From positions 1 through 64,000 of the IMG/VR virus record IMGVR_UViG_3300020048_006428: a stretch of DNA of 64,000 nucleotides. One strand, written 5' to 3'. The translations under genes and the position numbers were made by a program. The notes under the pieces were generated by a model that was not told where the DNA came from, searched no databases, and worked only from the letters and a program-made list of their open reading frames with translations. The stretch is from a virus (taxonomy: Duplodnaviria > Heunggongvirae > Uroviricota > Caudoviricetes). Positions within the stretch are counted from its first letter, which is position 1; each line of letters begins with the position of its first letter. Positions 29,458 to 39,219 of this stretch are shown here, piece after piece.

Positions 29458-30027
29458 ATGCAAATTAAAAAATTTTTAAAAGAATCTGTTGAACCAATCA
29501 AAATTTCAAATGAAAGAAATTCCGGTTTAGTAAATCCAAAAACATTACCTGCGGAAATAATTTCTGTTTTGGAAGAAAGAATAGGTGATGAATATGTAGC
29601 TTATTACTTTTATAGAAATGCTGCTAATTGGTGTATAGATAAAAATTATAAAAGGGCTGCTCAATACTTTGAATCAGAAGCAGCATCTGAACTTGAACAT
29701 TCAAAAGGTCTCCAAGATTATCTAACTCAATGGAATACATTTCCAATTGTTCCACAAGTTGAGACTACAGCAAATTTTGAATCACTTGTAGATATAATCA
29801 ATAAGGCTTATACTTTAGAATATGGATTATTTGGTAAGTATTCTAAAGATCAACAATCATTTGCAAATCTACATCCGGCTACGTTTAATTTCATTCAAAA
29901 ATATGTAGATATACAAAATGATTCTGTTTCTGAATATTCTGATTTATTGAATGCTCTTAATTTGATTGATTATACAGATAAATTCCAAATATTATACTTT
30001 GAACAAACTTATTTGATAAATTTTTAA
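29458..30027 (+). CDS. Ferritin
   Basis: E..A...Y, A.YF..EA.SELEH, LE, Q..SV.E ferroxidase pattern; N-terminal extension MQIKKFLKES. Confidence 0.8.
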   Translation: MQIKKFLKESVEPIKISNERNSGLVNPKTLPAEIISVLEERIGDEYVAYYFYRNAANWCIDKNYKRAAQYFESEAASELEHSKGLQDYLTQWNTFPIVPQVETTANFESLVDIINKAYTLEYGLFGKYSKDQQSFANLHPATFNFIQKYVDIQNDSVSEYSDLLNALNLIDYTDKFQILYFEQTYLINF

Positions 30028-30477
30028 AGTTATTAATATTTAATTCAATATATTTCTTCCGAATCTTTTGCGTAAACAATCATAACAAAGCGCAGATAGC
30101 AGCAGTACTCAATACTTTTGTAGTCTCCTGGAACGAAGCAGCAGAGATCCAACTTTCAGTACCCTGACTCCTAAAGTGGAAGTGGATTAACATATGGTGT
30201 TGAAAATTTTATAACGGATCATCTATGATCATAGAAGATGAATCAGGTTCTGATGGTTTAGAAATAGATTTAGTTCAATAACACAAATTGTGGAGAACGA
30301 AATTTGATTTTTTAAAAATAAAATATATCTTTATAGTGAAAATAAAAAAAAATAGAATATGAAAAAGTTAAAAGTCAACGCTTTTTTTTTATTTCAAGAT
30401 TTTCTTTTACGAATTCGTTTAGATTTTCTATATATTCTCTTAATTTCATATATAATTTACTTTATCAACAACACATC

Positions 30478-32280
30478 TTAACTTTTAGTTCCCAAAAAAA
30501 TCCATTTTTGTTCACCACAATCATATATTCTATTTATTCCAAGACTATCCATTATTCCAAATTCAGTCATATTTTTATCATATCCCAATCTAACTAATTT
30601 ATCCTTTCTATAATTAAATCTATGTTTTCTAATACCATCTATTATATAATAATATCCAGGAATTGATAGATACTTAAATCTAAATCCAAGTTTTTCATAT
30701 AAATTTCCATCTGACCTACTGTTATCACAAAAACTTGTAATCTCTTCAAAAACATAATTATCTATAAAGTGTTTAAATAATTTTGATGCACCACCAATTA
30801 CAACATTATTAATTTTATTACAAAATCTTAATAATTCCCATTTATTTTCAGTATTTTTTGAACCTAATGAATTTCTTAATGCACCAAATGTCATTAAACT
30901 AACTAATTCATCGTTATAATATAACCCAATTTTTATTTTAGAACCAACAAATCCTTGTAAATGATTTTTAGTTAAGAATTCCCTTACACTTTTATTATCA
31001 ACTTCTTTTATTATACATTTTCTTGCATATATTTTATCTTTAATAGAACCTATTTTATTTAAAATTATTGATTTTACTATATCGTTTTTATATAACCAAT
31101 CATCTTCCCATATATGTACTATTTTAATTCCAATATCTTTATACTCATTTGTTTTTTCAAGGTGATAGTTATTTTCCTTTAATGCATTAGAGTGCCAATA
31201 TAATCCATTAAATTCAAATGCTAATTTTAATTCTGGTAGATAAATATCCAATTCTTTTTTGGTTATTCTTTCTTTATGTAATATTTCACCACTATAATTA
31301 TCTTTTATAAAGTCTAATAAATCTAATTCCATCTTAGAAGTTCCTGATGATATTGGATTACATATTAGACATATTTCGCTGTTTATATTTGTTCTATTAA
31401 CTAATGATTGTCTACTTATATCAAAATCACTATTGCATTTATTACATTTTAATTGAATATAAGAATCTGTCAAATTTAAATTTTGTTTTCTATCAATATA
31501 AATAATATCATTTGGTAATTTATTTAATATCTTATTAGTTATATTTTTCTTGTAGTTATAAATTCTTTTTTTTACTATTTCTTTATCCATAAAGTGATGT
31601 TCAACACCATATTTTTCTAAAGATTTTTCTTTTATCTTATCAAGCCTATATTCTATAAAATTTTCATATGATCCAAATTTTTTAATAATTGTCTTTTTCT
31701 TTAATTTATCTATTTCCTCTTTTTCATCAAGTGTTTTAGATTTATTTTTTAAAGATTTATCCCTTATTATATTATCTCTATTCGGATTATTCTGCCAAGA
31801 TTCCAATGATTTTTTCTTTATAACGTCACTTTGTTGAGCAAATTCAACACCCCAATTATCAATCATTGATTGTTTAACCTTTTCTTTTATATCAAGATTT
31901 TTCATATAATGTTGACCATTCCATTTTTCTAAAATGTCATTTTGTTCTTTTTCAATTATTTCTTTAGATTTCTTTGGATTATCAACACCATATTTTTCTA
32001 AACAAGTTTCTTTTCTACTATTAACATAACATTCTTTTCTACCACAAGACTTTCTATATCCATTTTTAAAACCAATGAAACTTAAATGTTCACCACAATT
32101 ACATAATTGTAATTCCGAATTATTCAATAAATACCATATTTTTTCAGGTATAGTTCTATCAACTATTTCAATTGGAATAGAATTATTAAGATAATCCAAG
32201 TATTCCTTGTTTTTATTATTATTTAAGAAAGAAACAAATGATCCTATATTTTTAGATTTATTTAAAAAATAATCATACAT
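30478..32280 (-). CDS. Hef-like homing endonuclease (KYGV repeats plus PD-(D/E)xK-type domain)
   Basis: ELDIYLPELKLAFEFNGLYWHS, HIWEDDW, IYARKC, YDCG. Confidence 0.8.
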   Translation of the reverse strand: MYDYFLNKSKNIGSFVSFLNNNKNKEYLDYLNNSIPIEIVDRTIPEKIWYLLNNSELQLCNCGEHLSFIGFKNGYRKSCGRKECYVNSRKETCLEKYGVDNPKKSKEIIEKEQNDILEKWNGQHYMKNLDIKEKVKQSMIDNWGVEFAQQSDVIKKKSLESWQNNPNRDNIIRDKSLKNKSKTLDEKEEIDKLKKKTIIKKFGSYENFIEYRLDKIKEKSLEKYGVEHHFMDKEIVKKRIYNYKKNITNKILNKLPNDIIYIDRKQNLNLTDSYIQLKCNKCNSDFDISRQSLVNRTNINSEICLICNPISSGTSKMELDLLDFIKDNYSGEILHKERITKKELDIYLPELKLAFEFNGLYWHSNALKENNYHLEKTNEYKDIGIKIVHIWEDDWLYKNDIVKSIILNKIGSIKDKIYARKCIIKEVDNKSVREFLTKNHLQGFVGSKIKIGLYYNDELVSLMTFGALRNSLGSKNTENKWELLRFCNKINNVVIGGASKLFKHFIDNYVFEEITSFCDNSRSDGNLYEKLGFRFKYLSIPGYYYIIDGIRKHRFNYRKDKLVRLGYDKNMTEFGIMDSLGINRIYDCGEQKWIFLGTKS

Positions 32281-32374
32281 AACTATACTTTTATTGTTAT
32301 ATATAAAAAGTTGGTGGTTTGTTTTTGAAAATATGTTTTTGAAAATTAATATATAATAAAAATTATACTAAATA

Positions 32375-33133
32375 ATGTATCAATTATCAATGACAGAATT
32401 TATAGATTTTATCCAATCTGATGTTACAGTTGGTGGTGCTTTACCAAAAAATCTACCAGACCAATCAATTCAACAGTTTGTTGAAACAAGAGCAGCTAAA
32501 TGGTTTTATCAAAATTATCAATATGCCGTTAGTAAGATGTATTATTTAGTTAATAAAGATGCTTTTAACACAGATGAATATACAAAATATAAACATATTG
32601 AATTACCATGTGAAATACAATCAATTAGTTGGATTTATAAAATTATGAATACAAGTTTACTTCAATTGGGAATCAATGTTCCAAACCTTTCTGTTAATAT
32701 GGGTGTGACAAATCAACCATATTTATCATCATATGTCACTACAATTGGTGAATTAGGTGTATATAAAACTGTTATAGACTCAATGGCTGATATGTTAAAT
32801 CAGATGAATTTATATACAACTAAATTTCATTACAATCAATTGACTCATAGATTAAACATATTAACAAACTCCCAATATAATTTGATTCTAGAAGCATATG
32901 TAAATATACCTTTAGAAAATTTATTAGCTGATCATTATTTCATAAAATATGTAACTGGATGGGCTAAGATGCAGCAAGGAAGAATGTTGGGACAATTTAA
33001 TTTCACTCTCCCAGGTGGAATTACCTATAACAGTACTGATTTGATAGCTGATGGTAAAGAAGAAATGCTTAAAGTTGAAGAAGAAATAAAAGCAATGAGT
33101 AATAGTTCATGGTTCATAATGATAAAAAGATAA
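32375..33133 (+). CDS. Neck protein (T4 gp13-like)
   Basis: C-terminal LPGGITYN...GKEEM..VEEEI pattern; late motif upstream. Confidence 0.7.
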   Translation: MYQLSMTEFIDFIQSDVTVGGALPKNLPDQSIQQFVETRAAKWFYQNYQYAVSKMYYLVNKDAFNTDEYTKYKHIELPCEIQSISWIYKIMNTSLLQLGINVPNLSVNMGVTNQPYLSSYVTTIGELGVYKTVIDSMADMLNQMNLYTTKFHYNQLTHRLNILTNSQYNLILEAYVNIPLENLLADHYFIKYVTGWAKMQQGRMLGQFNFTLPGGITYNSTDLIADGKEEMLKVEEEIKAMSNSSWFIMIKR

Positions 33134-33149
33134 TCAAGTAAATAATAAT

Positions 33150-34322
33150 ATGCCAGCTAAATCAGAAAAACAATTAAAACTTATTTATACTATAAGAAAT
33201 AAGTATAAAAATAAAAAACACACACCTATTAAATGGCAATGGGTTTGGGGTGAAGAATGGGGTCATATGGAAGAAAATAAAATAATAGGATTTACTGATT
33301 ATCTAATTAAAGAAAAGATAAAGGAATTAGTGGATTTATATAGTAGAGTTGATGAATCAAGTAATAATTCTTTTTATAAAAAATTAGCTGATTTAGTTAA
33401 ATCGTTATCTAAGATGGGTAATAATAAGATGATTAATAGATTAAAATCTATTATGTCAATATTAAAATGGAATAAAAAAGTTTCTATTTTTCTATGTGGT
33501 TTATTGATGTTTGGTTGTGGATTTTCATATAATCAGATATCAGATATATTTGGTGATGATACCGAAGAAATTGTCACACAATCTAAAACAGTTGATTATG
33601 AAAAAATGGTTGATGAATATTATGGTAAGGATTTAGAAAAGGATCCAAATTATCATACTTATAAAATGATGTCACATACTGATCAAAATTTAAATGATGT
33701 AATTGAAAAGGATTCAATCTTAGCAAAATCTAAAGAATCTACAAAAAAGATAGATAAAGATGTAAAAGAGTTTAAAAATATTCAATATGATGAAACAAAG
33801 AAACTTGGGAAAAAGATAAAGGGTTTACCTATTAATTTTGATATTGTTCCAAGTAGTGATAATGTGTTTAGGTCAAATCAACCTAAATTAGACCAATTAA
33901 GGAATTTGTTGGAAACATATGATATAGATGTTGTTATAAGAATGAATGCAGAAGAAAAGACTGGTGTTACAATTGAACAAGAAAAGGAATTAGTTGAAAG
34001 TATGGGTAAGAAATTCTTATTTATAAATGCGCATGAAGGTTATGTTAAGGGAAAAGGTTATGTTAAATCATTAGATAAGATACAACCATATTTACGTAAA
34101 GGAAAGGTATTAATTCATTGTACACAAGGTGCAGATAGAACTGGTTATCAGATAGGTAAATTTATTCAAGATAATTTAAAATGGAATAGAAAAAAGTTGT
34201 GGGATTATACAGTAAGGTATAATAGTTGGGAATTATATATCGCTAAGAATAAGAATCCAGAATATATAAAATATATGGAAGCATTTTATCCTTGGGAAAA
34301 ATGGATTAGAGATAATAAATAA
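33150..34322 (+). CDS. Cys-based protein tyrosine/dual-specificity phosphatase with membrane segment
   Basis: FRSNQP and IHCTQGADRTG (HCx5R); TM near residue 110. Confidence 0.8.
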   Translation: MPAKSEKQLKLIYTIRNKYKNKKHTPIKWQWVWGEEWGHMEENKIIGFTDYLIKEKIKELVDLYSRVDESSNNSFYKKLADLVKSLSKMGNNKMINRLKSIMSILKWNKKVSIFLCGLLMFGCGFSYNQISDIFGDDTEEIVTQSKTVDYEKMVDEYYGKDLEKDPNYHTYKMMSHTDQNLNDVIEKDSILAKSKESTKKIDKDVKEFKNIQYDETKKLGKKIKGLPINFDIVPSSDNVFRSNQPKLDQLRNLLETYDIDVVIRMNAEEKTGVTIEQEKELVESMGKKFLFINAHEGYVKGKGYVKSLDKIQPYLRKGKVLIHCTQGADRTGYQIGKFIQDNLKWNRKKLWDYTVRYNSWELYIAKNKNPEYIKYMEAFYPWEKWIRDNK

Positions 34323-34336
34323 TAAAATAAAAAATT

Positions 34337-34831
34337 ATGAAACACTTAAAACTATTTGAAAACTTCAATAATGAAAAAGATATTATAAAAATAGCAGATT
34401 TAATAAATGGTTTAGATTTGGATTTGGCTATAATTTTATGTGATTCACAAAATATTGATATAAGACAAGCTGTAAGATATTTAATAGAATCAATTAAGAT
34501 TAATGATGTTAATGTTGCTAAAGAATATAGAAATAAAGCAAAATCACTTGGGGAAAATTACGCAGAAGTATTATTCAAAAGAAGAATTTATGATATTGAT
34601 ATTGATGTTTATGTAACTAAGGATATTTCTTATGAGCAAGATGCGAATTATGATGAAGATACAGTAATATATTTTGTTCATTTTGAATATAATGGTGAAG
34701 ATATCAATGGTGAATATGAATTTTCAACTGATGATACTTATGATATTATTATAAATTATAATAAATTTATTGAAAAGTATATATATCCAGATTTTATGTA
34801 TTTTATAGAATACAAAAAAGAAGATTTATAA
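34337..34831 (+). CDS. Hypothetical protein with MKHLKLFENF leader
   Basis: N-terminal 40 aa nearly the same as 35601-36134. Confidence 0.65.
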   Translation: MKHLKLFENFNNEKDIIKIADLINGLDLDLAIILCDSQNIDIRQAVRYLIESIKINDVNVAKEYRNKAKSLGENYAEVLFKRRIYDIDIDVYVTKDISYEQDANYDEDTVIYFVHFEYNGEDINGEYEFSTDDTYDIIINYNKFIEKYIYPDFMYFIEYKKEDL

Positions 34832-34836
34832 AATAT

Positions 34837-35604
34837 ATGAAATACTTAAAACTTTTTGAAAACTTTAGTATGTCACATATACGTGAAATATGTGAATATT
34901 ATGATATTACAGACTATTCAATAAATCCTGATGGTTCTATTGATGTAATTGGTAATGTTAATTTTTCAAATGGTAGACTAACTGAAATACCAATAAAATT
35001 TAATAAAGTAGATGGTAATTTTAATTTTTCAAATAATAGATTAACTACTTTGGAAGGTTGTCCAAAAGAAGTTAGTGGCTATTTTAACGTTTTTAAAAAT
35101 AGCTTAACTACTTTAGAAGGTTGTCCAAAATACATTGGAAGTCATTTTTCGTGTAATCATAATAATTTAACATCCTTAGAAAATGGACCAAAATTTGTTG
35201 GTGAAACTTTTAATTGTTCAAATAACAATATTAAAAGTTTAAAAGGATTTGAAACTATTTTAAATGGATCTTTTGTTATTTCTAATAATAACTTAGAAAG
35301 CCTTGTTGATTGTCCAAATATAAGAGGTTCTCTTCATATACAAGAAAATAAACTAACTACGTTAGAAGGACTTCCAGAAGTTCATAAAGGTATACTTTGT
35401 TTTGGAAATCCAATATATGAAATATTTTCTTTGTTTTATAATGATATTAAGATTTATTTAGATTATCAAGAAACATATAATTTTGTTAGAAAGGATTGTA
35501 GAGTAGTTAAATATTTATTAGAAGAAGTTATAAAAGATTATAATGAATATTATAATAAATCAGTAGAATTACCAAAAAAAATTATAGGATATACTTATAT
35601 ATGA
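34837..35604 (+). CDS. Leucine-rich repeat protein (LTTLEGCP repeats) with leader
   Basis: Repeats N.LTTLEGCPK.V.G.F. Confidence 0.8.
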   Translation: MKYLKLFENFSMSHIREICEYYDITDYSINPDGSIDVIGNVNFSNGRLTEIPIKFNKVDGNFNFSNNRLTTLEGCPKEVSGYFNVFKNSLTTLEGCPKYIGSHFSCNHNNLTSLENGPKFVGETFNCSNNNIKSLKGFETILNGSFVISNNNLESLVDCPNIRGSLHIQENKLTTLEGLPEVHKGILCFGNPIYEIFSLFYNDIKIYLDYQETYNFVRKDCRVVKYLLEEVIKDYNEYYNKSVELPKKIIGYTYI

Positions 35605-36134
35605 AATACTTAAAACTTTTTGAAAACTTCAATCTAAATGAAGATATTATAAAAATAGCTAATCTAATAAATGGTTTAGATTTAGATTTGGCTATAATAC
35701 TAAGCGAAACGCAAAATATTAATATGGATTATGTCATAGACTATTTGATAAGTCTTGTTTTAATACCTGATAGTAAATATCAAGAATTTTGTGATTTTTT
35801 AGAAGAAATTACATATGCAGATGATGCAAAAACTTTATATGAAGCTAAAGTTTATAATTTAGATATAGAAATAACCGCAATTAGAGAATCATATGAAGAT
35901 GATTCATTGGACTTTGATGATGAAGATGATTCATTGGACTTTGATGCAGAAGACTTTTGTATTGAAATAAGAATTAGTTCACCCGAAATATATTATGAAA
36001 CTCTATTATATCCAAGAAATATTTCTACTGGTGTTAAAGATATAATATCTTTATTTAATGAAGTAGTAACTGATATTATTTCACAAACTATGAATGAAAT
36101 CATTGAAAAAAGAAAAGAATCCTTAGAATATTAA
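35601..36134 (+). CDS. Hypothetical acidic protein with MKYLKLFENF leader
   Basis: ORF; internal EDDSLDFD duplication. Confidence 0.65.
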   Translation: MKYLKLFENFNLNEDIIKIANLINGLDLDLAIILSETQNINMDYVIDYLISLVLIPDSKYQEFCDFLEEITYADDAKTLYEAKVYNLDIEITAIRESYEDDSLDFDDEDDSLDFDAEDFCIEIRISSPEIYYETLLYPRNISTGVKDIISLFNEVVTDIISQTMNEIIEKRKESLEY

Positions 36135-36149
36135 TCTAAGGATTCTTTT

Positions 36150-37103
36150 TTATTTAGTTAAAAACCATTCAACACTATTAAGACATTCTAAATCTTTTCC
36201 GCCACCATATGAAATAGAACTCTGTAAACATTCTTCTAAATAAACCAATTCTTCTAAAATTGTTTTATCTTTTAATTCTATTAAATTTCTTTCACCTTCA
36301 ATCCTATTCTTTTTACCGGATTGAAATGCAGAAGCACTGCCCCAATATTCTTTGTATTTTTTACCATCAGAAGCATTTATTACACAACCAGGGGAATCTT
36401 TAAACCCAGATAACATACCACCAACCATAACCATTGAAGCACCTAAAACAATAGATTTTGAAATATCACCTGGTTCTCTTATTCCACCATCTGCTATTAT
36501 TGGCAATTTAGAAGCAATTGCACATTCATATATTGTTGCTGCTTGGCAATTTCTACTACCATATCCAGTTGCCGGATAAGTCGTACAAGAAAATCCTGGA
36601 GCCACACCAACTTTCAGGGCATCTGCTCCCCAATTTGTAAGGTCTTCAACTGCTTCAACTGTTGATATATTACCTGCTATTTTGAATGTATTTGGTAATT
36701 TATCATTTAGATAAGCCAACATCTTTTCCATTTTTATAGAATGTCCGTGAGCAATATCAATAGTTACATAGTCAAGATTAAGATTATTTAATAAAATATC
36801 ATCAATTAATTGATAAGAATCTTCATTTACTCCAATTGATATAGATGATATTAGATTAAGACTATTCATTTTTTTAATAAATTGTAGTTGATCTACATCA
36901 AATCTATGTAATATATAGAAATAACCATTTTTTGCTAATTCAATAGCTAATTCTTCGTTTATAACACATTCCATATTAGCAGGGATGACTGGGATATTAA
37001 ATATGTGTTTTCCAAATTTAGTAGATGTGTTGCATTCTGAACGAGATTCAACAATACATTTTTTTGGTTTTAGATTTATGGTATTAAAATCAAATTTTTT
37101 CAT
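36150..37103 (-). CDS. guaC: GMP reductase
   Basis: PANM, IDIAHGHS, KVGVAPG..CTT, IIADGGIR..GDI.K, EYWGSAS. Confidence 0.9.
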   Translation of the reverse strand: MKKFDFNTINLKPKKCIVESRSECNTSTKFGKHIFNIPVIPANMECVINEELAIELAKNGYFYILHRFDVDQLQFIKKMNSLNLISSISIGVNEDSYQLIDDILLNNLNLDYVTIDIAHGHSIKMEKMLAYLNDKLPNTFKIAGNISTVEAVEDLTNWGADALKVGVAPGFSCTTYPATGYGSRNCQAATIYECAIASKLPIIADGGIREPGDISKSIVLGASMVMVGGMLSGFKDSPGCVINASDGKKYKEYWGSASAFQSGKKNRIEGERNLIELKDKTILEELVYLEECLQSSISYGGGKDLECLNSVEWFLTK

Positions 37104-37106
37104 TTT

Positions 37107-37412
37107 TTAGTAGAATGAATATTTTTTATCACTATCAATAATACAATAATTGTTTATTGGATATAAATTAATAACTTCTGAATTTTCATCAACAACACAT
37201 CTCATAGAACCATCTATTAAGTCATTTTGAATTTTAACAGTCATATTATTCAATCCTTTAAATACTGTGAAAAGGGAATCATTTATATCTATTTTAAGAT
37301 ATGATTTCTTTCCAATTAATTTACCATTGTTGTTTTGTTCAAAATAAGATTGAAGAATTACATTTTCCAATTCTTCTGTTTGTTTAAAGTCAATTTTAAG
37401 TTCGTACTTCAT
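37107..37412 (-). CDS. Hypothetical protein
   Basis: 101 aa ORF upstream of guaC. Confidence 0.5.
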   Translation of the reverse strand: MKYELKIDFKQTEELENVILQSYFEQNNNGKLIGKKSYLKIDINDSLFTVFKGLNNMTVKIQNDLIDGSMRCVVDENSEVINLYPINNYCIIDSDKKYSFY

Positions 37413-37778
37413 TTTTTAAAAAGTTTGTTTAATAATTAATTTACTAATGTTATATTTAAGATTTTTATAAAGTTTAATTTTTATGTTTATCTTAAAAAGA
37501 TAAACATAAAAACAATCCACAAAATTGGACCAACAATTCTACTATATAACAGTTTTATATTATTTAAATTATTAATATAAAAAATATTTAAATGTATATA
37601 AAACAACAACATCATAAAAACAATTGATAATGCAAAAGAAAAAGCGATTAAGATTAATATGTAAGTCATACTTATGTTTAAATTTAGTAAGTGAATAACT
37701 ATATAACTATATAGTTATTCAAAAAGTTCATTTTTTCATTTTTTTCATTTAATATATAAAGAAAAAAGAAAAATAAGT

Positions 37779-38726
37779 ATGAATTACAACAGATTAGTAT
37801 CAAAAATTGAACAAATTACAAATGAAGTTTATTTTTTAAATGAATCATTGGATATGTATGATAGACGTTCTCTTATTATGGGATTTGAAGATGGTATGAA
37901 TGAGGAAAGATCTTGGGCTGAATGGGCAGGTGGTGGTGTAGCTTGGCTACAAAAGAAAGCCGCAAATGTTGTTGGTCAAGTTAAACAAGGCTTGAACTAT
38001 GCTATTGAAAAGGGAAACGAATATTATGAAAGGGGGAAAGAATTAGCTGGTGAAGCTTGGGATTCCATAAAAAAATTTAGTGCTGATGTTTTAAATGGAT
38101 TAACAACCGCATATAAAAGTGCATTAGATACAATACAATCTGGATATAACAAATTTATATCTATGATGTCAAATGCATATACAACTGCATCAGAAGCCAT
38201 TAAATCAGCTTATAATAAACTTAAAGAAAAGGGTGAAGCATTTGTTAATGCATGTAAATCTATTTATCAAAAAGTTATTGAAAATAGCATTTTGGCATAC
38301 CAAGCAACAAAAGAAAAATTTATATCTATGGGTAATGGGTTCACAAAATGGATTAATAATAATGCTGATAGTATAAAAAAACAAGCAGAAGAAGCTAAAA
38401 CATCAACTGTTGCTGGTATTTCTAAATTAGGTGAAATGGTAAGTAATGCTATGACAAAAACTGGCGAGTTTGTAAGTAATGCTATGACAAAAACTGGCGA
38501 AGTTGCTAGTAAAGTAGCAATGATTGCCCTTTTTGTTATTGTTTGGCCAATAAAAACACTTATAAATGGTATAAAATCTATTCCATTAGTATATGATAGT
38601 GCAGTTGATGCTGTTTCTAAATTTGTGGAATCAACTATTAGTGATTTTAAGAAAGGACATACTGATGAAATGGGTAAGAACGAATCTTTAAAATATATTA
38701 TATCTTTTAATAACTTTAACAACTAA
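37779..38726 (+). CDS. Amphipathic-helix-repeat (apolipoprotein-like) membrane protein
   Basis: 11/22-residue helical periodicity, TM IALFVIVWPI, VSNAMTKTGE duplication, C-terminal NESLKYIISFNNF. Confidence 0.6.
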   Translation: MNYNRLVSKIEQITNEVYFLNESLDMYDRRSLIMGFEDGMNEERSWAEWAGGGVAWLQKKAANVVGQVKQGLNYAIEKGNEYYERGKELAGEAWDSIKKFSADVLNGLTTAYKSALDTIQSGYNKFISMMSNAYTTASEAIKSAYNKLKEKGEAFVNACKSIYQKVIENSILAYQATKEKFISMGNGFTKWINNNADSIKKQAEEAKTSTVAGISKLGEMVSNAMTKTGEFVSNAMTKTGEVASKVAMIALFVIVWPIKTLINGIKSIPLVYDSAVDAVSKFVESTISDFKKGHTDEMGKNESLKYIISFNNFNN

Positions 38727-38741
38727 AAGAAAAATAACAAA

Positions 38742-38798
38742 TAACAACTAAAAGAAAAATAACCACTTTAAAAGTGGTTATTTTTCTTTTAGTTGTTA
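38742..38798. terminator. Long perfect hairpin, bidirectional terminator
   Basis: taacaactaaaagaaaaataaccacttt-a-aaagtggttatttttcttttagttgtta. Confidence 0.7.
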
Positions 38799-38813
38799 AA
38801 GTTTAAAAAAAAT

Positions 38814-38885
38814 GAAAACTCAGAGTAGCGAATTCTGAGTTTTCTATAGACACCTGTGTTTCGGTGTAACTATAATGGTCCTAAG
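38814..38885 (-). ncRNA. Putative small RNA complementary to 23S rRNA H69-H71
   Basis: 19/20 match to GTAACTATAACGGTCCTAAG plus GTAGCGAA in a hairpin loop; two hairpins. Confidence 0.5.
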
Positions 38886-38890
38886 CCATT

Positions 38891-39190
38891 TTAATCTTTA
38901 TTTGGTATCCAAAGTTCTTTATCATCTTTATTTGGCATCCAAGTAATATCTTTTTGATATTCTTTTATCAAATTTTTAATCTTATCCTTTTTCCAAAATT
39001 GCCACCATTTTTTATTGGTTATTTTTCCAACTGGTATTATATAAACTATAATATAATTATTTAATTCCGTGAAATCTACTTTTGTTAAGTTATCATTTTC
39101 TATTTTATATAGAAATCCATCTATTATTCTAAAGACCTTATTATCTAATTCATCATAGTATATATTGTCAATACATTTTAATTTTTCCAT
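38891..39190 (-). CDS. Small protein with portal-like C-terminal segment
   Basis: YIIPVG...LIKEYQKDI...KELWIPNKD; KKWWQFW. Confidence 0.5.
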   Translation of the reverse strand: MEKLKCIDNIYYDELDNKVFRIIDGFLYKIENDNLTKVDFTELNNYIIVYIIPVGKITNKKWWQFWKKDKIKNLIKEYQKDITWMPNKDDKELWIPNKD

Positions 39191-39219
39191 ATTTATTATA
39201 TTTATAAATTTAATAAAGT

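Noticed and set aside
38814-38885. True rRNA gene fragment or functional I-CeuI site
   Set aside because: Only two short segments, in swapped order, with no flanking rRNA sequence
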